Part shown: piece after piece, positions 41,713 through 55,798 of the stretch
How the letters are laid out: each line of letters starts with the position of its first letter
How positions within the stretch are numbered: position 1 is the first letter of the stretch
DNA from: Paramecium tetraurelia
Lineage: Eukaryota
Assembly: GCA_000165425.1 (NCBI GenBank)
Contig: CT867986.1
Location: forward strand, 186,001 to 250,000
DNA: 64,000 nucleotides
Direction: 5' to 3'
Translations under genes and position numbers: made by a program
The notes under the pieces: generated by a model
Told to the model about the DNA's origin: nothing
Seen by the model: the letters and a program-made list of their open reading frames with translations, nothing else
Databases searched by the model: none

Positions 41713-42361
41713 ATGAATTTTATTTAATTGGGTAAACTAAAAAATCAGTTGGCTAATTCTAAATCAAATATTCCAAAAATCTAATAAAGAAGATACTCCA
41801 GAGTTAATTCCATTGAATAGTTAATTTCTTATCAAAATTATCAAAAAGAAAATTTGGAGTAGATTGATAAATATCCATTTAAAAAGTATTTCTTGATATT
41901 TTAATAGAATTACACAGGATCAATCTTCTCAAATTGATAAACCTGAATAAAAAGAGAGATCCCAATCTCTTACTCATATTCAATAACAATACTAAATTAA
42001 TTCTCACAGACTTATCAATTAATAAAAAATTACAAAAACAACAAATAATATAGAAATCAACTATTCTAAATAAGGAATCTAACTCTTACAAATTCACCAA
42101 AAAAGGTAGAATTTGAATGAAGCTTTAAATTCCATACTTTAATAAAAAATTAACAATTTAAATGCTCGTAATTTTAGATCTAATTCAAATCTACCTGCAC
42201 TAAATTCTTAATAAGGGAAACTATCTGACTAATCCAAAATAAATCAATTCAGAAAATTAAAGTAGTATGATTTTGAATCTCAACTCCCAGAAGGTCCCCA
42301 GCTAAGCTTCAGATAATTCGCCAAAATGTAAGGGTTGAAACTACCCTAATTTTTAGAATGA
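41713..42361 (+). CDS. Hypothetical protein
   Basis: MNFIQLGKLKNQLANS...; likely end YDFESQLPEGPQLSFRQFAKMQGLKLPQFLE-TGA (alternative TGA at 42338). Confidence 0.6.
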
Positions 42362-42570
42362 ATATAATCCTCTTATGTATATTGATATAAAATTAAAAAA
42401 ACCTTTATATATACCTAATGTGAAATTTACAAATTATTTTTATTGTTTATCTATCTGTGAACACACACAGATTCTCATTCTAAATCTTATCATGCAACTA
42501 CCCTTGAGATTTCAAAATTTGGAATTATTGGAATAATAAATATTTATAAAGAAAATAATTAAAACTTAAA

Positions 42571-45500
42571 TCAGTAGACCAGTTAGGATGAGGACTGACC
42601 AGAAGTACTTTTTTATTCAAGTTATTACTATATTCTGGTTCTGAATTTTTGGGGAGTGGATTACATTTATGAATTTCTAATAGCATTATTAAAAACTCAT
42701 ACTTTCTATTATTAACTGTTAGAGATAGTGAAGCTCGACTATCATTTAAAGCAGATTATCTGATGCTTCGTTAAGATTCAAGAAGAGATTTTTGTAATTC
42801 TACTTCCTGAGTTTTTAATTTTTTATCGTTTTTTATCTGGCTGCTAGGAACAGTTTTCAATAAGCATTTCCATGAATCAAGAGGTTGCAAGGAGTTTAAA
42901 ATTACAGTCAATTCTCTTTTATTTAAATTGCTGTGAATTGATCTTATTAACTTAATGATATAACAAAATAAACTTTCATTGTAACTGTGACTCTTAAATC
43001 CATTTGCATAAAACGTTGTATAGGCATTATAAAGCGAACTAATTAATCCAACATTGAACAGTATATTTTAAAGTAGGTAAGCAGGAGCGTTTTCAAAGAT
43101 AAAATTAATGAATTCAACAAAGTAATAATGATATAAAGTATTTTATTTGCTCTTAAAAAAATAAATAATGTATAAATGGATGACTGTTTCATTTAAGAAT
43201 TTGTAGATATTTTTATTTAATCTAGTCACATCATAAGGTTCAAAGATCTCAAACCCATTTTTTATTGTTTAAAAAAAGGTAAAATGCTCAGTTATACTCA
43301 TATCAGAGTTTAATTTATTTGCATTAATGATTATTTTATTCAAGTATTCCACTATTTAAAAAAACACATCCTTTAAAATTAATTATTCTTCAACATTTCC
43401 ATACCTTTTAGCAAGATAGTATATTGAATTTATAATTCTCCCACATTAGAAACTAATTTCTTTATTCAAATTGATCTCATATAAATAAAATTTATATAAG
43501 GAAAATACTAAGTCTTAATTAAAAAACAATTTGCAAAAGCTCTCGTTTTCTAAATTGATGGGTTTCCTCACTTAATGAATTAGAGTAACATTCAGTATTT
43601 TCTCCAATATGTTTATTAGATACTCAAATGTTGTTGTATTATAGTAAAATTGCGATTAATCTAATTCGAATTGACTCGGATTTGCTTTAAGATTGCTTGA
43701 AGGATAAAGCATTACTAGTTTACTACTTGAAAATCCTGAGTCGGATGATATTGAAATTCTAGAACTTTATAATAATGTTAAGTTCATTTACGAGGTTTTA
43801 GAAATTGCAGTTTTTTCAGTAGTTTCAAATTTATCAACACTCCCTCTTTTTTATTTTGAGTCATTAGTAACAGTGCCTATTGATTTGATTGTATTAAATG
43901 AAGTAAGTGAAGGTAGTGTTACATTACGATTATGAGAAATTACATTAGACCGATTGGTAGCAGTTAATGATTCAATTCTTCTACTTTATTTTCTGCTATA
44001 ATTTATGGAATTGCGTGTTCTTCTCTCCTCTAAATAATGTCGAATTGCATCTACATCCTACTCTAATAATTAAGCATATGATAAATTTTCAGGTAGTTAT
44101 ACATACTCCTCTTGATTTTGCTAAACAGACGAACCTCCTAAATGTCCAATGTATTCATCCAATATGTTTATCCTTACAATTTCAATAGGTTTTTAAACAT
44201 CTTTAAATTTTGATAAAAGATTGAGGATTTTTGATTTTTAATCATTCTCTTGAATTATTGGAAATTGTTGGTTGCTAAAAGTAAGATTTTATTAGAAGAT
44301 ATGATGGTGCAGATAGTCTATCCATTTAGTTTCTATGAGGTATGTCCAAATCTATTCTTAAATGTAATTACCAAATTTAAATTTATCCACTGTTAAATCT
44401 AAAATATCTATTATCAAAGATTCAATGAAAGTATTATTAGAATATTACAAGAAGAGGTATAAGAAATCCAATTCAATGATCTTTAATATACTAACTTTGG
44501 GACAAATAAGTAATAATTAATCGATAAGCATGGCTAAATGATTTAAATTCAATTAAATTGACTCATTGTTAAGGCTTTCTAAAATCTTCTCAACTACAAC
44601 ATATAAATTGCACAATACATATTATAGGCATCATTTCTTATATCGTCTGATAATATCTAGAATGGTTAACCTTTTATATCAAAAACTACAGACTTTTGAA
44701 GGATCGAACAGTGTTCAGATAATCCATGGGTATAGTACTAGATTTGAATATATTTTTGTATTCACTGTTTCCTATTTCCTTCCTTTAAAAGAGTAAACCC
44801 TATGTATAGTTGTTTAGGTAATACCCAATCATCTATGAGTTCTTCTGATAGAGGATTTATTATAAATTTGATCAGTATTTCGATATTATCACTATTATGT
44901 AATTGGAGTAGATCATGTTGAGTAACCATTTCAATAGGCTTGCAGATCATCTTCTGCATAATCTCAATGTAATCAGCTACAGACTCTACTTTACTGGCAG
45001 GTGTTAGATATTCATCATCCTATTCAGTTTTGATCTTGTTATCTGTTCCAATATAATTAAATGAAGACATAGACTACTTTCTATCTAATATCCATTAAGG
45101 AGCAATCTCAATAGTCCATTTATTGCAAACTTTAAAATTAATTATTAATTTTACAATCATCCAATTCTTAATCATATTTATTCTTCCATGAAAAATTATA
45201 AAATATACTCTATTTGCAATCGAAGAATTAATCAATCAATTATTGCTAAAATTTATGGTTTCGAGTATGCATTATGAATTGTTTAAAAATTATTGACATT
45301 TCTTCCAAATCTACATTTAATTCAATCGCCAATAAAAAGAATCTCTTCAAGTAAGAACAAGCGAATCTTTTGGCTATTAACAATTTCTCGATAACTTATT
45401 TCGAAAATGGAATAGACCCTTATTTTTATTATTCTCCAATAATCTTATTAACATTTCCACTATGAATTTATTCTCTATTTATTACTTAATTGCCATTTTC

Positions 45501-45852
45501 AAACTTCTGGTGCTTCTGTTTCCTAAAAATTCTCTGTATTCTTATAATTCACTTACTTCTTACAGTGCCCTATAAAAAGCCAAAAGAAATAACCGATGTT
45601 TGAAATAATCAAAGAAAGCAGACATAAGCAATTCTATGCTTGCCATTTAAAAGGGATAGGAGCAAATCACTTAATATAAGGAATAAATTGAAACTTGATT
45701 TTAAGATGTTATGATCTGTGATAATTTACATGTTTCTTAAATTAAAAGAAACCTCCTTAATTCCCAAACTTATTTTTTGAAGGCGAACATATTCATCGTC
45801 TTCTCCTAACTAAAAAATTTATTAATAATGTTACAGCTTCTGCAAACATCAT
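42571..45852 (-). CDS. Large helical-repeat protein, possibly PH-like + SAPS (PP6 regulatory)-like
   Basis: Long code-6 frame with tiny introns; RVYFIIFMEE..IKNWMI (PH-like C-terminal helix) and IEILIKFIINPLSEE (SAPS-like); domain calls tentative. Confidence 0.6.
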
Positions 45853-47152
45853 TCGAGTGTGTTAATTTTTAATAAATGATTGTAAAAATAAAACAGGTTT
45901 CTTTATAAATCAAATTATTATTATCAGATATGTCATACTAAATAGGTAAACCATTTTTAGACAAAGAAATTTCCAAAAATATATAATTTAAAATTAATTA
46001 TTTAGAGACCTTTCTTAGTTTCATCTCTCTTTCAATCTTATAGTTTATTTATCTCTTAAAAGTGGAAATTAAACATTTGAGATATCTAAAATTTTGTAAA
46101 GTACTAGGAGTAAAATTTATTATAATGTGACTATAAATATTGTAATATTTCAATACATTTAATTTATTTTATTAAAATTAAATAAATAGACAAGAATAGT
46201 ATTATATTCATTCTTTCATGGTGATTATCAAATATTTACTAATCTAAATATGCATCCTAATATCACTTATGAGTTTACTTAAGCTAATTAAAACTATCAA
46301 ATATTTGTACTATGATGTAACTATAATTGCATTTTATATGAAAGATTGAACATATTACATTAAGTTTTAAAAATAAAAAAGAATTACTATTTAAATTAAT
46401 ACTTTTAAAGCCTGGAAATTAAAATTGTTGCTCAAACGTCTTTTATAATTCTTCAGAATCTGTTAACAGAATATGAGAATTAGATGTATATTAAAAGCTA
46501 CACAAAAGCCTTAAATATTTCCTTTACATAATTATCTTAATTAGATTGGAATGAGAACAACTGCAATTTCCTGACTTAATTGCTTAAAATCTTGATAGAA
46601 CATTATTAAAGTACATAATTTGAAGCCTGAAAAATATAGTGATGTTATGTGTATTATTTATTTTTGCATGCATAGATATCTTTAATAATTATCAATAATA
46701 TTAAAATTAGGAACTGAAGAGATGTAAGTATTTGGTTCTATCTTTGATTATGATTATTGAAATTGTAATTCTATACTGAAATATATGTAGAAAAAGAGGA
46801 TATCTTTCAAATTAATTTAATTTTATTCATCACTTTTAGCATTAAATACCTTGATAAATGATTAATCAAAATTATTTTTAAAAATAAACTGATTTTATTT
46901 AGCAATATTCAAGCAGCAAATAATCTTTTTTTGATTAGCAAAAAGCCAACTTGATTGAATAATTTAATTCAGATATTCTATTCTAATTCATAAAATATCA
47001 ATATATAAAAAAATCTTATGATTATTTGTGAGATATACATTATTCATTTTTGTTGGTTTTTAATATTTCTTCATAAGAAACTTAAAGAATAATAAGTGTT
47101 TGTATATAAATATAATAATAAATCTGAGTAATAAATTAATCATATAAATCAA

Positions 47153-48682
47153 ATGTCTTTCCAAACAGATAATAGAGCTCTAAATATCAAATACACAATT
47201 TTTGAGCACTTTATATTTCCATTCAAATTGAATCCATAGATTCTAAATTCAGTTAATAGCCCAAACATATCATTTGAATAATTCAGAGACATTGCTCAAA
47301 AATGCTAAGTTTCAAATATAGAGGCGGATATTATGTTTACATTCTTTTAGTTGGCTTTAGACAATTAGCCAGGAGTAGAACGCAAAATGGTGGATGTTAG
47401 ATAATTAGGTTTATTCTTGTCTTTACAAAATTTTAATCATGCGGGAAGACATTCAATTTTTGAAAACGTGAACATAAACGATGTAAAATATTAAGAAAGA
47501 TAAAGATAACCAATGAATTCTTATTCTCCATTGAATTCCCCTAGGGCAAAAACAATGAGAGTACAGAGTCAATAGAATGAAGTGCAGTAAGTAATCTAAT
47601 TCGTAAAATCGAATGTGAAGGATTGGATTAAATTGCTAACAAATAGTTAAGAGACAATAACAAATTAAGAATACAACCTATTATCCTTGATTTTGTTTAA
47701 TGAATAGAAATCTATAAGTTCATTGATTTTTGATCGAACAAATAAATTGGGCAAAGAAATTGTATCAGAATGGACAATTAAGAATATTCAATGCTAGGAA
47801 TACGGTACATAAATTAAATATATACATAGCATCAACGATCTGTGGATTCACAAAGTCAGTTACAGTTAAAAATAATGTGGGAGAGGATTTAAAAATAACT
47901 CAATGTGATGATTCCATGATATACATTGATTGTTGTGTAAATACATTATCAATATCCCAATGTACTAATTGCTAAATCTTCGTTGGATCTGTGAGAATGA
48001 TAACCAGTATAACCTCATGTGAGAAGATAACTGTTTGTGTGGCATCAAATTATCTTAAAATCAGCAATACAATAGACTCAACAATCCATTACTATGGTTC
48101 ATATTCTCCCATTCTCTATGGTGATTGCAGATCCATCATACTGGCTCCCAATAATTCGAATACAGAGAAGTCACTTCAAAGATTAAGAGAAGCCTCCATT
48201 CCCATTAATAAAATATGTAGGGATAAATATCAGAAACCTTTAATCATCGGATAGAGTAAGATTGATTGGTCGCTATTACCTATTGAGGAATTTAGTAAGT
48301 TTATATTGCCAGAATCCCATTTTGGATGCATTGACTCACCATTGATTTTAGAGTGTAATTTCGATATTGAAAGAATGAGCAAAGAAATCACAGAAAAGAA
48401 GATACTGTCTTAATAGATGAATTATGAAAAGTAAGAAATCCTATTTTAAATAAGAGAATCGTTCTTCCACTCTTGGCTCCCCCTGAATACATTAAGGCTG
48501 TTTATGATAGATACTAATTGTTCGCTGGTATTCAAGCTTAAATCAAACAATCCAATCTAAAAGAGGAGAATCAGAAATTACTTTAGAATGCCATTTAAGG
48601 AAATTTCAGAGAATGGCTAGTATCCACAGGAACTATTAAAGGGATCAGTGATCTAGTTAAATTAATTGATTAAGAATAATGA
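47153..48682 (+). CDS. TBCC domain-containing protein (TBCCD1-like)
   Basis: Beta-helix LKITQCDDSMIYID..LSISQCTNCQIFVG..CEKITVCVAS..SPILYGDCRSIILAPNN; C-terminal QGKFREWLVSTG. Confidence 0.88.
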
Positions 48683-48706
48683 AATATATAAAATATAATT
48701 TATTAA

Positions 48707-49052
48707 ATGGGTGGTATTTATAAAAGAAAAGGGAATTCAGCAAAGAATAAGCAACATCATCGTATTTTGAAAACAAAATCCTTTAAAAGAGCTAATGATT
48801 AAATTCACGATGATATTAAACCTGAAAATATATAAAAATGGTAAAATCAACCTATCGATGAAACTTTACCTGGATTAGGTTAATATTATTGCGTCTCTTG
48901 TGCAAGGTACTTTGTTAATGAAGAATCCATTAAAAAGCATTAAATTAGCAAATAAGTATATTTATTTAAGAGTATTTTAGCATAAAAAGCAAGAAAAAAG
49001 AGCCAAAGAAAAACCATACACTCATATGGAAGCAGAATTAGCTGGAAAATGA
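48707..49052 (+). CDS. BUD20: C2H2 zinc-finger 60S biogenesis factor (BUD20/ZNF593)
   Basis: DQIHDD..DETLPGLGQYYCVSCARYF..HKK..EKPYTHMEAE; one intron. Confidence 0.92.
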
Positions 49053-49068
49053 TTATAAATTATTATCA

Positions 49069-51027
49069 TCATTCAATCTGATTAGCCTTACTTTGAAATA
49101 GTAATTTTGTATTTGTTTTTCTGGGATTGAGTACAGAATTATTTAGACTTTGGCATAAATCCTACTATATTTTGGAACCCAATAAATACAGTTTCCTCTT
49201 TTCAGTTGTTGATCTAGTCTAACTTTGACTGTAAATACTCTTACGCAAACCACTTTGAGACGATGTTTTAATACGAATCGATTTTCTATCATCCAATACC
49301 AATTATGGTTTTAATTTCTTGATAGGAGAATCAAATATATTACTATTGTCATTCTCATTTCTCATTTGATAAATTAAATCATTCAACATCTCTTTGCATT
49401 GTTCTTGGGAATAAACCTATCCATTATATTAGACTTCCTCTTAATTTTATTGAATCATAAGGATTTGACATTGTAATAGCTTTTGAATACTTTATTGCTG
49501 TTATTGTTGCACTTCATTTAATTCAGTAGTTAACAATGGTATGTTATTAAACTGATTTATTAAGTCAGTCATCTATTGAGTGATTTGGTTGACAGATTCA
49601 TAATTTTGAATCTTAATTAATTCAAAAGATTTGATCATCTAGTCATGTAAGACATTGAATTGCTTATCTAAATAGTCTGCAGTATTCTACAAGAAACTTA
49701 CATCCTTCTCAAGGGCCAATTTAAATTCGTTGAATTTATTTTGCAGATAAAATTCCATTTAATTTCTATCAATTTTTAAATTTGTCCCATCTTTGACTCC
49801 CACTCTTTCACTACTGTCATCAGATTTGGGAGTGATTGGAATTTCAGAAATCTTTGAAGAAATATCCTCTTAAATTGGAGTATTGACCTAGTTAGAACTA
49901 ACCTTCTAATCTCTAAGAAAGGACATATTCTTTTTTAGTTGTTTTTCTATAAAAGAAGTATATTCATTGATTTTTCGATCTAAATTTGGAACTCCATCAT
50001 CACTTACAATAACTCTATGTAATTCTGTAAACTTCATTTCCTCAAATTGAGCCAACTTAAACCTATCATTTTCTGAGAGACAATTGTGAAGTGTATCAGA
50101 CAGAGTTCCTTATAAGAAGAGTGGAAAGTATTTTTCTATGTAATTTTCAAAATACTGCAATTTATTATTCATCAAACCCAAATCATTTTTGACTGATCGA
50201 TCATACGATAGCAATTCATCTAATTTAGGAAACCTTTTGTTTAGTAACTCCAGACTCTGTTGATTTTATTGACTCTGTGCTATTTGTAATAACAACTTGT
50301 CTTGATAGGACTGCAAAATATCGTAATTGCTATCAATTTTAACTTTAAGATCCTTTTATACACAATCTTGTTTGTCTAGATAGAGATTCATGGATTATAA
50401 TTTATCATAAACAGTAACAATTGCAATTTAATTATCTTTTTTAACTTACTCTAAATTGTCCAACAAAACTTATTTGAAGTCTTGGTTTTATTGTCTGTAC
50501 TTTTCAATCTATTCTGTCCATTGCATTTGATTATTCTCTATCATTTTCAATTGATGATACTGTTGATCTCTTAAAAATTGGATCTAATCTAACTTTCTGT
50601 TATTTTCATTAATAGTAAACAAGGATGTTTATTATATGTTTTCAAACTTCTCCTACAATTCTAACATTTGTTATCTCAACTGTTAAATGATGGGAGTTCC
50701 TTTGCCATTTTAAAAATATAGAGCCTTGAATTCCTCATAATTTTATATGTATTTGTCTAGTTTGAGTGATACACTTTGTTGCAATAATAAATTAAAAATA
50801 CGTCTAATAATCTGATCTCTGCTCCACAAATTCCTTTAAATGTGGTTCCAGCAATTCATGAACCAAAATTCGTATTTTATTATCTAACTCAAACCATTAA
50901 AATTCATGAAGCGGTTAGTTATTGACTGTCAATGAGTGGTTTTGCTAAATCATATTTGAGGGAATACCTGGTCTATCGATTTAAGTAATTCTAAAACCAA
51001 AGATTTCCTTTCCTATTATGATTGCAT
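49069..51027 (-). CDS. Coiled-coil hypothetical protein
   Basis: MQSQQERKSLVLELLKSIDQ|QNHS..WFELDNKIRILVHELLEP...; long Q/E/K-rich frame. Confidence 0.75.
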
Positions 51028-51045
51028 TATATTTAATTATTATAT

Positions 51046-51613
51046 ATGTAGAAATAGCAACCATAATAAGAAACCTAGAATTTCAAGCCTCAAATAAAGA
51101 AAGCCAATAGTTTCGATGAGGAGGACAAACTAGAAGTACATAACAAGACTATGAACCTAGATAATCAAACAGGGATACGGCATTAATGAGGCCTTAAAAC
51201 TAGATATCCTCGAATACTATAAATCGAGTCGACAATAACAAGAATTTAAAAATCCAGCTGATTTCATTAAGCATCGACTCGATAATAAATATGGGCCTTA
51301 TTGGTTCGTGTTTATGTGGGATCGTAAAGACAACCTGAATGCCTAATTCAGTTATTATAATAATGACGATAAAGTCTTTGAATTTGAAGTATAAATCCTT
51401 TGCTATCAAGCTTAATGGATGGCACAATTTAATTTATTCATTCAATCAAGGTCCCCCTGTTAAATACTAGCCTCAATCAAATGGCCCAACTCTACCTTAA
51501 TATAATATGTATTTTGAACTCGTAAACTTAGGCAATACAACATGTAATCTTATGATCATAATTATCCACAATAAGACTAACAATATAACGGACCATCATA
51601 ATGGTAGTACTGA
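51046..51613 (+). CDS. Dynein light chain LC8-like protein with Q/P/Y-rich tail
   Basis: NPADFIKHRLDNKYGPYWFVF (LC8-type A.FIK..LD.KYG..W); three tiny introns. Confidence 0.7.
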
Positions 51614-51714
51614 TTTTAATAATATTTAAAAAATAATATGTTTTAATAGCTAAAGTGACGTACATCTTCAGCTTAAATGAAAAATATAAAATAAAAGAGG
51701 TGGAAAATAATAAA

Positions 51715-52351
51715 ATGAGAAAACCTCCCTTTGAGCATTGTTTGGATTGTCCTATCATCATAAAACTGATGGATGCATGTCCTCTCTCACCTTTCTGGCA
51801 GATAGTCAAAGAAGAAGGGTTAAGTGGCTTGGCAGATGCATCTCTACTTTATGAATTATTCATGGTCATAATTTCATTGGTGCCTTGGATTTGCGGATTG
51901 ATATTGGGAATATTACTATTGAAGAGACGAGACATGAGATCTTTAATCCGTGTTTTGACACATTTGTGTGCTCACATGTAAATAGCAATATTAACTCAAT
52001 CATAGAACTTGTGATGTTGTCAAAGTCGTTTATTTCAAAGAGGATAGACCAGATGGATCCTGCTCTTTAAAGTATGGACTACCCTCTTGTCATTCTATAT
52101 TTGCAGGATTGTACACAAGTTGGGTTTTAATTGAAATATTCGTTATTGGAATGAAACTAAAAACTAGACATATAATTGCAGTGATTTCTATGCTAATAGT
52201 CCCATATTCAAGAATTTACTTGATATATCACACACTAAAATAATGTATCTATGGTTGGACTATTGGCTTGGTGTTTGCCATTGTAGGTTTGACATTCCAT
52301 CATCAATACAAGAAAAGCAGAAAGAATTAATAAGTTAAAGTCAAACAATGA
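51715..52351 (+). CDS. PAP2-family membrane phosphatase (dolichyl-diphosphatase-like)
   Basis: K....EDRPDGSC, YGLPSCHS, SRIYLIYHT motifs with TM segments. Confidence 0.88.
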
Positions 52352-52913
52352 TTGTTTATTTATATGTGTCATTAATCCCATTATTTAATGTAGAAATCTT
52401 GCAAAAATTGAAGTGTGCAAACTAATTTTACCATTCTCATAGATCATATTATTTTAGATTTCCAGAGATTGTGTATTTATCTCAACTCTATAAGGCTTAA
52501 TGTTAAGAATATCTGGTTGAATTAGATTAAATTAAATATGATAGAATTTAATTGGCAATTTATTAAATGCATTTTATAATCAAAATATTGAGTATAAGAA
52601 ATGTATTAAATTAATTGTACATTAAAAAAAAGAATAATATAAAATGGAGACAACTTATAAATGTTCATTTTGTTAAAACAATATCTAAATGAGTCAATAA
52701 TCATTTCATAAATATTTATGCTTAGATTATTAAATCACTCATTTTGTCTCTAAGATTATTAGATTGGAGAAACACAATAAACTGTCTTCAGATAAATGGG
52801 ATTTCATTAATAAGTACATAGAATTGCTTTACAACCATTACAGAGAAGAAGTTATTCAAAAAAGTGTGTTTATTTCAGAGATATAAAAAGAGGAATGAAT
52901 TATTAAATTATTT

Positions 52914-54117
52914 ATGTTATCATATTATAGTACAGGACAGTTTCCTAAATCTTTAGATCCACCCTCTCGTTTCAAGCAACGATAAGCAAGCAAAGTATTC
53001 GATCTATCATTTAATCAAGGGAGATGGAGAATCTATGTACAAAAGAAACTTTGAAGATCCCCAGAAACATGATTTCAAACAAAGTGCTCATGCTTTGAAT
53101 TAAGAGTTCCATCATAAACAATACCATAAAATTAATGCTGACTATAAGTATTTCTCTCAATCTAAATTACAAAGGGATCGCTTCTTTGATACTATGCATA
53201 ACACTACAAATCAATAAAAATAGGAAGATAGGCTATTTTATGAAAGTGCTGCACGACAACAGAATCTAGATTAACCAAATCATTTGCATAATTGGAAAAT
53301 TGTAAAGGAGAGACAATATGCAGAGTATGTAACTGCAAATATTTAATAGACGAGTGCAATAACAATCTAAATGTGATCAAGGGAAACTTGTAAGCAAGAA
53401 TGAATATTAAGCTACTCAATCATCAAATACTGAATCTAAGACCAATACCTTGGCTAGATCAAATATGTTCGAAATATCAAAGCCTTTATTAAGAATTAAC
53501 AATGATCTCAAAAGCTAATAATTGATAAAAAATGTGTAGATCGTATCTGATGATATCCCCGATTGGTGTTCCTCTACTAATAAATATTATACTCCTGAAC
53601 ATATTGAAGAAATTAAGAAGTAAAGACAGTAACAATTAGCTAAAGCTGACATCTTGGGTAATTTTATTAAGGAACCCAAGAAGGATCCCGATAATAAAGT
53701 TTATCAAGACAATCCCTTTGTTGGCTAAAGATATGTATTTAATTGCATTCACTTAATTTAAGGAACCTAAACGCATGTGTTTATTTTATGACAAACCAGA
53801 TCATGTGAGGGGATAATAATGTGCTACTTAGGATTTAAGCAAATCTAAAGTGAATTTAACATGGAAAGAGAATGTTTCATCCTAAAGATTTGAACCGAGA
53901 TTACCAGTGTCCATAGGAAGAACAGATTAACCTGTGATTAAATCCCTTAATTAAAAAAGAGATCCCAATTTTCCAAAAGTAGAAAAAATTGGATAATCAG
54001 ATGTGTATCTATCTATTTTTAATTTTATGTAGTTATAAAAAAATAGAAAAGGATAAACCAATCCAATTAAAAATTGGCCATGGTTCTCCTTCTACGTTGA
54101 ATCCAGTCAAATATTGA
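52914..54117 (+). CDS. Hypothetical hydrophilic protein (start uncertain)
   Basis: Frame STGQFPKSLDPPSRFKQRQASKVFD... through four tiny introns to LNPVKY-TGA. Confidence 0.7.
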
Positions 54118-54208
54118 CATATTTGTTACATAATTTAATTGTTTTAAATATAATACTATTTATTCTATATAAAAATAAAGATTTTGTTATAAATATAATA
54201 TATTGTAA

Positions 54209-55756
54209 TCAACAAAATTGCAATAATACAATTAGATTAGTCGTTTCTTAAGCCACTCTATCATTTTCATGCATACTGAGGTTACTTAATTAATCCTATA
54301 GTTAATTTGGAATCAGCTTAAGAACTTCCGTTTAATAATGCATATCTTCTATCTACAATACATTTGAAAGGGCCTCTATGAAATACAGTATCTATTCCAC
54401 TTTAATGCTTACTTACTCCAAAGCCTGTTCAATCACTCCAAAGAATTTCTAATAAATATCAATATTGCATTACAATATAAGGTTCTGGATTAAATTATTA
54501 TTATTCTTGTAGTCTAAATTGAATATGCTTTTGGCAATTAATCAGTTTATCTAACACTTTTACTTTATAAATATATGCAAAATTAGACTGAGCATAATAC
54601 TCTACAAATTTATCAAGATATTCCATTAGACATTTTTAGACATACTTGTTGAGAACTTGATCTTCAATTACACAATGCAAATTTGTATAAGTTTTATAAT
54701 AACAAGATACCAATTTTAATAAGTCTTTTCCTGCTTGTTTTTCTAATTTATAGGCCAAATTATATAGTATTTCCATTATGTTATTCTTGCCAATTAGGGG
54801 GAACAACAATTCCGACATTTTCTTAATACAAATCTTCAGTGTCTTTTTAATATATTAGAGTTATTTACTTTAAAAATGACAATGTACTCAAAATGCGAAA
54901 GGTCTTACTCGAGATAATCGACAATGATGTCAGATATAGCATATATTTGTTAAAAAAATGTAAATTCTTATTCGCTTAAGCAATTGGCTAATAGAACTGA
55001 GCCATAAATAATTTAGAGATCCTTAGATTAGATCGCTCTATTCAGTATATCCAAAGTAATATTATATTAATCTTTAATTTTTAATTCTCTTTTGGATTGT
55101 AAATATAAGGATAAAAATTCAGTAAGAGCCATCAAGTATTCATCAGTGGCCAAATCAAATGCCTGATAAACAATTTATTCTAATAATAATTTTTCTTGTT
55201 GTATTATATCTAATAGTTAACTCTCTTGTTCTATTAATAAATTCAGAGTATTTAAAGCATCAACATGCAATGATTTCCATTCTGCAGATTACAAAATTTT
55301 CATCAATTAGAATAATAGGGCTAAATCAAGTTTATCTTTTTCATCTGATAGGATTGTTTTAACAATTTTTGGATTGACTATAATGCAATTTTTCAATAGT
55401 TGTAACATCTTATTGAAATGTGATTGATGATTCAATGGTTAAATGAGATAATATTTAATATCAATAATGAATTAAGAGACTTCATAGTATGCTTCAAATA
55501 AATCTTTTGAGTCAATCAGATTGCAAAATTGATTCAAAGTTTCGATGGTATCAGATTTTAAGAATTCCTATAAGTAATCAAGGATATTTTAATTGGAAGG
55601 GACTTTAGAATCCCCTAATCTATGAATTCCTCTATTTTATCTGAATAGACTCTCCAACTTATTTTTCCTGATGTCCATTCTGAATTTCTCTCTTTTCATT
55701 TGATTTATGCTCACACAATCATTAGCTATGATATTAATCTGAGGAGTGTCTGACAT
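54209..55756 (-). CDS. Divergent importin-alpha-like protein (IBB + ARM-like)
   Basis: N-terminal REKFRMDIRKNKLESLFRQNR resembles an IBB domain; helical repeat body. Confidence 0.65.
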
Positions 55757-55798
55757 AAAAATATAATTTAAAAATATTGCGGCAAATATATTTAAATT

